A DNA stretch of 64,000 nucleotides from Candidatus Undinarchaeales archaeon (GTDB lineage: Archaea; SpSt-1190; JASMDC01). Location of the stretch: the NCBI GenBank assembly GCA_030753015.1, contig JASMDC010000005.1:84015-148014 (forward strand). Direction: 5' to 3'. Below the pieces are notes generated by a model, which had not been told where the DNA came from, ran no database searches, and worked only from the letters and a program-made list of their open reading frames with translations. This document shows, one piece after another, positions 9,458-17,860 of the stretch (its first letter is position 1; each line of letters begins with the position of its first letter). The translations under genes were made by a program, and so were the position numbers.

Positions 9458-11161
9458 TCACATCATCGTGTATTTCGGCCCGCCCCCGCCCTCCGGCGGT
9501 ACCCACGTGATGATCTCGTAGGGATCCTTCACGTCACAGGTCTTGCAGTGGACACAGTTGGAGAAATTGATCTTGAGCGTGGGCTTGCCCGTCTCCTCGT
9601 CGACCTCCATCTCGTAGACATTGGCCGGGCAGAACCTCGTGCACGGATTCTGGTATTCCTTGGTGCACTTAGTGTAGCAGATGCTTGTGTCCGCCACTCT
9701 GAGGTGGGGCGGTTGCTTCTCCTCGTGGATGGTCCCGGAATGGTACACGTCCGTCTCCTTGTTGAAGGTCCGCTTCCCATCGAACGCGATGATGCCCTTC
9801 TCCTCGTCCGTGGGCGAGTCCGTCCCATAGTGATCGGCCACCGTTCTCAGGGATGTGTAATCGGGTTGCGCTCCGAGGCGGGCCTTGAGGAACCGCCCCC
9901 CAAAAAGGAACTGGAACCCTCCCCTGACCAGCCCGGCCCACAATCCCTGGTGGAAGGCTTGGTGGAAGTTGCGCGATCTGTAGAGTTCTTGGCCGACATC
10001 GCTTCCGAGGAGTGAGTCAGCGTAGCCTTTGAGCACGGCCTCCGAGAACTCGTTCTTCTTGATGGCCTCGAAGATGGAGTCTGCGGCCAGCATCCCGGAC
10101 CTCATGGCCACATGGATCCCCTTGAGCTTCTGGCTGATGAAGAGGCTTGCTGAGTCCCCGACGATGAGCCCGCCCTCAAAGGTGAGCTTCGGGATGGAGA
10201 AGTACCCGCCCACGGGGGCGGTCTTTGCCCCGTACTGGAGGGGCTTCCCTCCCTCGAGCAGGCCGCCGATGAAGGGATGGAGCTTGTACTTCTGGAACTC
10301 GGAATGGGGGTCCAGGAATGAATCCTTGTAGTCCAGGCCGGTCATGAGCCCCAGGGCGACCCGGTCGTTCTTCATGCCATAGATGAACCCTCCCCCGTAG
10401 GTACTGCTCTTGTGGGGATAGCCCATGGTGTGGATGACCTCTCCCGGCTCGATCCTTCCCTTCGGGACCTCCCACACCTCCTTCACTCCGAGCACGTAGC
10501 TCTGGGGGTTCTTCCCCTTGTCCAGATCGAATCGGTCGATGACAGCCTTGGTGAGGCCCCCCCGGGACCCCTCTCCGAACACGGTGACCTTGGCGTGGAG
10601 GTCGATCCCCGACTCGAAATTGGCCTTCTTGTTGCCGTCCGCATCGATCCCGTTATCCCCCGTCCTGACACCGATCACCCGGTCCCCGTCGTACAGTACT
10701 TCCGTGGCCGCAAAGCCGGGGAAGACGTCGACGCCGTTCTCCTCGACCAGCCGACCCATCCATTCGGTCAATCTGGAGAGTGAGACCACATAGTGGCCGC
10801 GGTTGTCCATGGGAGGGGGTGTGAACGGGAGCCCTATCTTCCAGCCCTTCGTCAGGAAACAGACCGCCTCCTTCCGGACCTCACCCTCCAGAGGCGCATC
10901 CTTCTCCAGGAAGTCCGGGACGAGCTCCTTGAGGGCACTCGGATCAAGGACCGCCCCGGAGATGCTGTGGGTGCCCACGGAAGAGGCCTTTTCCAGCAGG
11001 GCGATCATGGGCTCGTCGATCCTCTCTCCCTCACCCTCCTGCTCGACCTTCTCGTTGTGTTTTCTAATGAGGTTCGTAAGATGGAGCGCCCCGCTCAGGC
11101 AAGCGATGCCGCCGCCCACGAAGAGCACGTCCACCTCCATGATCTCCCGCTCTTCTTCCAT
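9458..11161 (-). CDS. ETF:(mena/ubi)quinone oxidoreductase with fused C-terminal 4Fe-4S domain
   Basis: VGGG FAD motif, HSISGAVLDP, LGVKEVW, HTMGYP, KGIHVAMRSG; C-terminal CTRFCPANVYE...NCVHCKTCDVKDP...WVPPEGGGGPKY. Confidence 0.93.
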   Translation of the reverse strand: MEEEREIMEVDVLFVGGGIACLSGALHLTNLIRKHNEKVEQEGEGERIDEPMIALLEKASSVGTHSISGAVLDPSALKELVPDFLEKDAPLEGEVRKEAVCFLTKGWKIGLPFTPPPMDNRGHYVVSLSRLTEWMGRLVEENGVDVFPGFAATEVLYDGDRVIGVRTGDNGIDADGNKKANFESGIDLHAKVTVFGEGSRGGLTKAVIDRFDLDKGKNPQSYVLGVKEVWEVPKGRIEPGEVIHTMGYPHKSSTYGGGFIYGMKNDRVALGLMTGLDYKDSFLDPHSEFQKYKLHPFIGGLLEGGKPLQYGAKTAPVGGYFSIPKLTFEGGLIVGDSASLFISQKLKGIHVAMRSGMLAADSIFEAIKKNEFSEAVLKGYADSLLGSDVGQELYRSRNFHQAFHQGLWAGLVRGGFQFLFGGRFLKARLGAQPDYTSLRTVADHYGTDSPTDEEKGIIAFDGKRTFNKETDVYHSGTIHEEKQPPHLRVADTSICYTKCTKEYQNPCTRFCPANVYEMEVDEETGKPTLKINFSNCVHCKTCDVKDPYEIITWVPPEGGGGPKYTMM

Positions 11162-11421
11162 GATCAGCCCTCCATGACATCCGGCAAGGCACCTAGTTCC
11201 AAGGATTAGACTTTAAATCTCACGTTTTTTCGGCCCCTCTCCTCGCAGGATCTCACAAGGTCCCGCGATCATCACGCGGCTTCGGGCGGGGATGACAAAC
11301 GGGTGAGGGGAGATACCCTGTCACGATCGGTCCGACAGGGGCACGGTCCGGGAAAACTCATCCCTCGGGCTGATAGAGTTTTAATATTTCGAGGCGTTAT
11401 GCCTTGATTTGCACATCGTAA

Positions 11422-11453
11422 ATGAAAAATCTTAAAAGCGTTTTAATTTTCAT
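11422..11453. promoter_or_regulatory. AT-rich inverted repeat overlapping the probable TATA region of the first acyl-CoA synthetase
   Basis: ATGAAAA-ATC-TTAAAA-GCG-TTTTAA-TTTTCAT, ending 18 nt before ATG 11472. Confidence 0.45.
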
Positions 11454-11471
11454 CAGGCACCGGTCATAACA

Positions 11472-13118
11472 ATGGGAGAAACGAGCGGATTCGATTATGA
11501 TGATAAGGTCTCGGACTGGAACTGGGATGTCCCAAAGAAATACAACATGGGCTACGATTGTTGTGATCGGGTGGCAGATGATCCCGCGACCAGCAATAAG
11601 GTCGCCCTGTACTGGGAGAACGAGAAGGGGGAAGAGAGAAGATTCACGTTCCTTGAAATGAAGAACCTTAGCAACAGGTTCGGGAATGCCCTCAGGAAGC
11701 TGGGCTTCTCGAAGGGCGACCGCTTTCTCATGCGTCTTCCGAACGTCCCGGAGTTCCAGATGGTATTCCTCGGGGGTGTGAAGATAGGTGCCGTGCCGAT
11801 CCCGTCCAGCACGATGTTCAAGGCCAAGGAGATCGAGTACCGGATCCTGGACTCGGATGCGATCGCGGTCATAACGACCCCCGAAGGGATGGAGGATGTC
11901 GACAAGATCAAGGGCAACTGCCCGACACTGAAACACATTATCATTGTTGGAGATGAGCTGAAGGAGGGGGAGCTCTCCTTCTATGACCTGATAGAGAACG
12001 AGTCTACCGAGCTGGAGATCGAGGATACGGATGCCGAGGACATGGCTTTCTTCTGCTACACCTCAGGGACCACAGGGATGCCCAAGGGCGCAGTGCATGC
12101 GCACCGGTGGGTCATCGGGAACGATCCCGCTTCACAATACTGGCAGACCTATCGGCCGGACGATATCATGGCACACACGGGGGCGCTGAACTGGATCTTC
12201 CCACTGGGTAACGCGTTCCTGTACGCATGGAGGCACAAAACTACCGTCTTTCTGTACGATGGGAGGTTCGAACCCGAGATCTGGTTCTCGCTGCTGGAGA
12301 AGTACAAGGTCACGAACCTTGCTTCGGTCCCGACCTGCTACCGGATGTTCTTAACGATAGAGGACGCGGAGAAGAGATACGATCTGGGCGCCCTCAGGCA
12401 CTGCATAAGCGCGGGCGAGCCTCTGAACCCCGAGGTGGTCAAGGAATGGAGGGAGAGGTTCAACTGCGAGATCCTCGACGGTATCGGGATGACCGAGGTC
12501 ATGGTGTACCTCTCCAACATCACGGACATGCCGATCAAGCCGGGCTCCTGCGGCAGGCCCCAGCCGGGCCATGTATGCGAGATCGTGGACGACGACGCGA
12601 ACCCCGTTCCGCCGAATGTCCCCGGCACCCTCGCAGTAAGCCAGGACGATCCCGGTCTGTTCAAGGAGTACTGGAACAAGCCCGAGAAGACGAGCAAGAG
12701 CTTCAAGAACGGATGGTTCCTGAGCGGCGACACCCTGTATAAGGACAAGGAGGGCTACTTCTGGTTCTCTGGCAGGGGTGACGACCTCATCATGACCGCG
12801 GGATACAGGGTCTCGCCCTTCGAGGTGGAGAGCGTGGTGAACCACCACCCCGCCGTCCTCGAGTCCGCGGCGGTCGCATCGCCTGACGAGGTCAGGGGGG
12901 TCATCGTCAAGTCGTTCATCATACTGAACGAGGGTTACGAACCTTCGGACGAGCTCGCCAAGAACATCCAGCGGTTCGTGAGGAAGAACACGGCTCCATA
13001 CAAGTACCCGAGGGAGATCGATTTCGTCGAATCCCTCCCAAAGACCCAGAGCGGAAAGACGAAGAGGAAGCTGCTTCGCGAAAAGGAGATCGAACAGAAG
13101 ATGGCCCCGGGGCCATAG
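11472..13118 (+). CDS. Acyl-CoA synthetase (AMP-forming, medium-chain type)
   Basis: YTSGTTGMPKG, SAGEPLNPE, DGIGMTE, GRGDD, APYKYPR and LPKTQSGK motifs. Confidence 0.95.
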   Translation: MGETSGFDYDDKVSDWNWDVPKKYNMGYDCCDRVADDPATSNKVALYWENEKGEERRFTFLEMKNLSNRFGNALRKLGFSKGDRFLMRLPNVPEFQMVFLGGVKIGAVPIPSSTMFKAKEIEYRILDSDAIAVITTPEGMEDVDKIKGNCPTLKHIIIVGDELKEGELSFYDLIENESTELEIEDTDAEDMAFFCYTSGTTGMPKGAVHAHRWVIGNDPASQYWQTYRPDDIMAHTGALNWIFPLGNAFLYAWRHKTTVFLYDGRFEPEIWFSLLEKYKVTNLASVPTCYRMFLTIEDAEKRYDLGALRHCISAGEPLNPEVVKEWRERFNCEILDGIGMTEVMVYLSNITDMPIKPGSCGRPQPGHVCEIVDDDANPVPPNVPGTLAVSQDDPGLFKEYWNKPEKTSKSFKNGWFLSGDTLYKDKEGYFWFSGRGDDLIMTAGYRVSPFEVESVVNHHPAVLESAAVASPDEVRGVIVKSFIILNEGYEPSDELAKNIQRFVRKNTAPYKYPREIDFVESLPKTQSGKTKRKLLREKEIEQKMAPGP

Positions 13119-13147
13119 GCTCTATGTGCGAGATCGAGGGGAACGCT

Positions 13148-14791
13148 ATGAAAGACTTACGTCCGAACATGGAGGATTACGAGAAGACCCGCAACGAGTT
13201 CAAGCTCGAAGTGCCCGAGTACTTCAACTTCGGATTCGACGTTGTCGATCAGTGGGCCGAGGACCGCACGAAGCTCGCTCTGGTGTCGGTCAATCCGGAC
13301 GACACCGTGCAGAAGCACACCTTCTGGGACATCAAGACCGGTTCGAACCGCGTCGCGAACGTGCTCAAGAAGCTCGGGCTCAAGAAGGGCGACCGCGTGT
13401 TCATCATGCTACCCCAGTGCGCTGAGTGGTACATGTGCATGATCGGCATGTTCAAGCTCGGTATCGTGCCCATGCCGGCGACCGCCATGTGCACCGCCAA
13501 GGACGTCGAGTACCGCATCAAGACCGCAGGTGCCGTCATGGCCATCAGCGATGGAGTGGGCGCCGTCAAGGTCGATGATGTGTTCGACGATCTGGACTGC
13601 CTTACCAAGCGCATGGTCCTGGGTGACAAGCGTGAAGGCTGGCTCTCCTACGATGACGAGGTCGCCGGTGCATCCTTGCAGCTCGAGGGCGTCGAGAAGA
13701 CGAGGTCCGACGATACCCTTCTCCTCTACTTCACCTCCGGGACCACATCCTACCCCAAGATGGTGCTTCATACACAGGCGTCGTATGGCATCGCTCACCG
13801 CATCACGGCCACGTTCTGGCAGGACCTCAAGCCCACCGATCTTCATTGGACCATGTCCGATACCGGGTGGGCCAAGGCTGCCTGGGGCAAGCTCTTCGGG
13901 CAGTGGACCGTCGGTGCCGCCGTGTTCCAGCTCGAGGGTAAGTTCGACGCTAAGCGGACGCTCGGAGCGATGCAGAACTATGGCATCACGACCTTCTGTG
14001 CGCCGCCCACGGTGTACCGTGTGATGGTGAACGCTGACCTAAAGGCCTTCGACCTTTCCGACCTGCGCCACTGCATGGCTGCCGGAGAGCCGCTGAACCC
14101 AGAGGTCATGCGCATCTGGAAGGAGGGCACCGGTACGCACATCTACGACGGGTACGGCCAGACCGAGACCGTGAACCTCGTGGCCAACTACCGGTGCCTG
14201 CCGATCAAGCCCGGGTCCATGGGCAAGCCCACGCCCGGGTTCTACGTTTCCGTCATCGACGACGAAGGTAATGAGGTCCCCCCGGACACGGAGGGCCATA
14301 TCGCCGTTCGCGTGAAGCCCGAGCGCCCCGTGGGGCTGTTCAAGGAGTATTGGATGGAGCCTGACAAGACCGCTAGCGCCTATATGGGCGACTGGTACCT
14401 CACTGGCGACAAGGCCTACAAGGACACTGACGGTTACCTATTCTTCGTCGGACGAGTGGACGACGTCATCATCACGTCGGGCTACCGCATCGGTCCCTTC
14501 GAGGTCGAGAGCGCGCTGCTCGAGCATCCTGCCGTGCAGGAGTCGGCCGTGGTCGCTGCACCTGACAAGACCCGCGGTGAGGTCGTGAAGGCCTTTGTCA
14601 TCCTTGCCCCAGGTTTCGATGGGAACGACGATCTGGTCAAGGAACTGCAGACCCACGTGAAGACGGTCACAGCACCCTACAAGTACCCTCGCCGTATCGA
14701 GTTCGTCACCGAGCTCCCCAAGACCATCAGCGGCAAGATCCGCCGCGGTGAGCTCAAGGAGCGCGAGTGGAAGGACTGGAAGATCAAGTGA
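13148..14791 (+). CDS. Acyl-CoA synthetase (AMP-forming, medium-chain type), second copy
   Basis: FTSGTTSYPK, AGEPLNPE, DGYGQTET, GRVDD, APYKYPR and LPKTISGK motifs. ATG 13148 follows GAGGGG; ATG 13124 is an alternative. Confidence 0.95.
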   Translation: MKDLRPNMEDYEKTRNEFKLEVPEYFNFGFDVVDQWAEDRTKLALVSVNPDDTVQKHTFWDIKTGSNRVANVLKKLGLKKGDRVFIMLPQCAEWYMCMIGMFKLGIVPMPATAMCTAKDVEYRIKTAGAVMAISDGVGAVKVDDVFDDLDCLTKRMVLGDKREGWLSYDDEVAGASLQLEGVEKTRSDDTLLLYFTSGTTSYPKMVLHTQASYGIAHRITATFWQDLKPTDLHWTMSDTGWAKAAWGKLFGQWTVGAAVFQLEGKFDAKRTLGAMQNYGITTFCAPPTVYRVMVNADLKAFDLSDLRHCMAAGEPLNPEVMRIWKEGTGTHIYDGYGQTETVNLVANYRCLPIKPGSMGKPTPGFYVSVIDDEGNEVPPDTEGHIAVRVKPERPVGLFKEYWMEPDKTASAYMGDWYLTGDKAYKDTDGYLFFVGRVDDVIITSGYRIGPFEVESALLEHPAVQESAVVAAPDKTRGEVVKAFVILAPGFDGNDDLVKELQTHVKTVTAPYKYPRRIEFVTELPKTISGKIRRGELKEREWKDWKIK

Positions 14792-15194
14792 CATCGTCCT
14801 GAGGCAAAAGCCCCGAGCTTCCAGCGTCTAGTTCCTGGTTCGACGACCCCACTTGCGCCCGCCTTCGTAGCGGCGGGATTGGTGTTGGCGCGGAGGTGGG
14901 GGGGGAATGAACTCACGGCTTATGCGCATTCATTTCATAATGATATAGTAAGCAGTTAGGGTATGTAAACTGATTACTCTATCATTAAGGATCATTCAAC
15001 AACCTGGACGCCAGAAATGACGCCGCATAAACAGTATTATTGCGGCGTTGGGCGATCGGGATAATTCGGACTTACAAATGGATGTAATCTTAAGCGAGAG
15101 GGGCGAAAACTTATGTGTGCCTCTTACAGTCATTTGGAAGGAAAAGGGAGGTCGGATAACCCACTGTTGTACGACGTTGGAAATCGTTAATGAT

Positions 15195-15827
15195 TTACTC
15201 CGAGAGCCATCCTTCAAAGAGCCTGTATTCTACGTTTTCCTTTCCAAGTATGCGAGCGATGCGTTCCGATGCTTCGGGCGGCACCATGAATGCTCTGCTG
15301 GAAAGCACAGTGCCATGCAATTCCTTTACAAGTCCTTTGGATATGAAGTTTTTCTCTCTCCTTCCAATGAACTTCCGAACCACACGATTTCTCTTGGTAA
15401 CATCGGAGATCGACTCAAGCATAAAAAGCACGTAACGAGGTCGTTCGTCAGTTGAGAGGTCTTTGAAGGCACCATAGAGAACAACACCGTCTGATGCAAC
15501 GCTCGTCCGCAAGTCCCATTCCTGAAGCATTCCAACGGAACAGGATATCTGATTCTCAATACCTTTCAGTTTCCATGTCTTATTCAGCTTGGACTGTTCG
15601 AAGTGTTTCAATCGTTCGTTCACGATATCCTTGACCTTTTCTTCCAGATCACTCGAATAGACATCGATGAAGATATCAACATCGCTATCCTTGTTGAAAT
15701 CATCCCTCGCTATACTTCCGAAGAGGATGGCTCGCCGGATGAGGAGTTGTTTGGATAGCTGTCGGCAAGAGATAAGAGCGGAGATGAAGCTCATTGCATA
15801 GCCAATAATCTCATTCCTCGATGTCAA
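15195..15827 (-). CDS. Minimal nucleotidyltransferase (pol-beta superfamily) with C-terminal extension
   Basis: ILFGSIARDDFNKDSDVDIFID motif; about 90 extra C-terminal residues; AT-rich DNA. Confidence 0.85.
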   Translation of the reverse strand: MTSRNEIIGYAMSFISALISCRQLSKQLLIRRAILFGSIARDDFNKDSDVDIFIDVYSSDLEEKVKDIVNERLKHFEQSKLNKTWKLKGIENQISCSVGMLQEWDLRTSVASDGVVLYGAFKDLSTDERPRYVLFMLESISDVTKRNRVVRKFIGRREKNFISKGLVKELHGTVLSSRAFMVPPEASERIARILGKENVEYRLFEGWLSE

Positions 15828-16251
15828 GACTTACACCCTCCTCTTGAAGCTCTTCCTCGATAATATGCCGGAGTCGTTGAAATGCCAGTATAACGCGATC
15901 GACCAGCTCCTTGGTGCATCGTCCATAAATGATAGTATCTCGCACGTCCTCGATATCGTACATGAGATCGTAGACCTCTTCCTGGCGAGGGAAAACAATC
16001 GGCATCTTCCGTTCGATAATGGCATTCAGTTTTTGGCCGGGTTGAGGGCGCTTGAACCAATTGTGCTGTACCTGCTTGCCTGCAGTAATTCGGTTAGTAA
16101 CATGAAGATAGAGCTCAAGTAAATTGACCGAGCCTAACGAGGTATGGAATCCTATTGTCTGGATTCTCCGTTCCCATCCGATATCGAGAGCGTTCTGAAT
16201 TTCATCGATGCTCTCGGCGATTTTCCTTATATGTTCGGTTGGAGCGGTCAT
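15811..16251 (-). CDS. Helical HEPN-like protein, probable partner of the downstream MNT
   Basis: 146 aa, helical pattern, GFHTSLGSVNLLELYL helix, RDTIIY (R-x4-Y) at the HEPN motif position; overlaps the MNT start by 17 nt. Confidence 0.55.
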   Translation of the reverse strand: MTAPTEHIRKIAESIDEIQNALDIGWERRIQTIGFHTSLGSVNLLELYLHVTNRITAGKQVQHNWFKRPQPGQKLNAIIERKMPIVFPRQEEVYDLMYDIEDVRDTIIYGRCTKELVDRVILAFQRLRHIIEEELQEEGVSLDIEE

Positions 16252-16261
16252 TTTGATCAGA

Positions 16262-16356
16262 GGTATAGTCTATACCAGTAATTGGTATATTTTAATCCAT
16301 AAAAAGGTTTCGTTTTGTGGTAAGTTTCATACCAAGATTTGGTATTAAACATACCA
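16262..16356. promoter_or_regulatory. Repeated palindromic operator ATACCA-N5-TGGTAT upstream of the HEPN-like/MNT pair
   Basis: ATACCAGTAATTGGTAT (16272-16288) and ATACCAAGATTTGGTAT (16329-16345), plus GGTATAGTCTATACC (16262-16276) and a half-site at 16351. Confidence 0.6.
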
Positions 16357-16616
16357 TCAAGGCCCGTGACAAAATCGTGTCGACGATGTCGTACAACTGC
16401 CTATACCTGCAATTTTCTTTCAGATGAAGTGACCTCCGCCCTTATTCGGGTATCGCCCCTAATGCGCTCTAGTATACGAAAGAACCGTCACAAACCCACA
16501 ATCAGAGAATCCCTACAATACGTCTATATCGCGAGAACGATCTCCGATATGAACCACACGGGCGCCATTATACGAGAGCCAGTATGAATCCGGCCAGCCC
16601 ACGTCTTGTATCCGAG

Positions 16617-16765
16617 ATGCGCTTCGGATATCACAGATCCCTGATTACAGATGCTCACGGCCTCCCGGTCGAGACCATCGCCTCGGCCCTGAACTGGTCC
16701 AGCGGGCTCTGGACACCGGCAATGTCACACCGGGTGATGTGTGTGTAGACCGCGGTCGCCACCTG
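16617..16765 (+). pseudogene. Degraded DDE (IS4/IS5-like) transposase fragment
   Basis: One frame reads RFGYHRSLITDAHGLPVETIASAL (cf. FGYKxHxxxDxxGLP); a shifted frame continues PELVQRALDTGNVTPGDVCVDRG (cf. xxDRGY). Confidence 0.4.
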
Positions 16766-16853
16766 GAGCATATGGTATTCATCCTACCCCTGAAAGGAGG
16801 CGGAGTTTCTACTTTACATCCGTTCTATGAACCCGTCACACGGGCCCGTTCGC

Positions 16854-17012
16854 TCACTCGATGGGCACCTGCACGCCCTCGAAGGACCGTGAGGCGTACA
16901 TGCGCCGGTAGGCGAGGAAGGCAGCGACGCTGAGCACGGCGGCCACAGCGAGGAAGCACATCCCACTGCAACAGTTCTCTTCATCATCACAGCAGGGGCA
17001 ACACGCGCACAT
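16854..17012 (-). CDS. 52-aa Cys-rich single-pass membrane microprotein
   Basis: MCACCPCCDDEENCCSGMC followed by a hydrophobic stretch and RR; TATATAA box on the minus strand (17036-17042) about 24 nt upstream of the ATG. Confidence 0.6.
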   Translation of the reverse strand: MCACCPCCDDEENCCSGMCFLAVAAVLSVAAFLAYRRMYASRSFEGVQVPIE

Positions 17013-17065
17013 GGCTCCACATCGTCGCCTCGGGCTTATATACCTTTTGCGAGCCGCTAGGGCCT

Positions 17066-17803
17066 TCACCCATTGAAGAGCACGGGCGCAAGGCCCTTCA
17101 CGGGCACGGGGACCAGGTAGTAGTCCTCGCCGAGCAGCACGTCCCCGGAAACTGAGAAGGGCTCGAGCCGGGGAAATGCGGTCTTCCTGAAACCGAGTAG
17201 GGCCACGGCGTTCCCGTCGTCATGGTCAGCGAGTATGCACCGGTCGCCCGGCGGCGGGTACGTACGGCACGCATCGGGCCTGTCATCATATCCCTTGCAG
17301 GACAGGTCCAGGATTAGGCGTTCCCCGTGCACCTTCGCATCGACATTCAGGTCACTGCAGGCCTGGCGCACGACCACTGAGCGAGGAACGTGGCGGGCCA
17401 GAAGGCGTGCGGATTCATCATCATCTCTATACCGTACAACGACCAGGATCACATCGTCCCGCGCTGTACGAGGCACCATGTTGCCCACACCCACGAAGCA
17501 GCACAGCCCGTCACTGCACGTGCGTTTTTCACAGCGCACGCTCCGGGCCACCTTCCTGAACCGGGAGGCGTCCACCTGTTCGTCGAGATATCGATGGTCT
17601 CGCCACCGCGAGAGGCCGAGCGCACGGGCAGCGAATATCGCGGGAAGGGGCCAGAATATGTTGAGGGCCACTGCAGCAAGCACGATACCACGGGCCGAGA
17701 AACCTTCCGACCATACTACAGCAAGTGCCGTTAGTGTCCCGATCGCAAGGGTGACTACATAGAATCGTTCCTCGCGGTCCTCCAGGTCAGTGACCGTGGC
17801 CAT
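17066..17803 (-). CDS. Membrane-anchored YkgJ/CxxCxxCC-like cysteine-cluster protein
   Basis: Two N-terminal TM segments, then CEKRTCSDGLCC ... ACSDL ... CKGYDDRPDACRTYP (YkgJ-type C-x2-Y-x2-RP-x2-CR-x-YP). Start trimmed from the 368-aa ORF. Confidence 0.65.
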   Translation of the reverse strand: MATVTDLEDREERFYVVTLAIGTLTALAVVWSEGFSARGIVLAAVALNIFWPLPAIFAARALGLSRWRDHRYLDEQVDASRFRKVARSVRCEKRTCSDGLCCFVGVGNMVPRTARDDVILVVVRYRDDDESARLLARHVPRSVVVRQACSDLNVDAKVHGERLILDLSCKGYDDRPDACRTYPPPGDRCILADHDDGNAVALLGFRKTAFPRLEPFSVSGDVLLGEDYYLVPVPVKGLAPVLFNG

Positions 17804-17860
17804 GGGCGCCTGAGGGGGCGAGGAAAAGACATTAATACCTGTCACACCTTCGCGTGCACC

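Noticed and set aside
15020-15048. Hairpin ACGCCGCA/TGCGGCGT and ORFs 14996..15217 and 15048..15455
   Set aside because: An isolated 8-bp stem. The ORFs are motif-less, and the longer one is largely antisense to the MNT gene.
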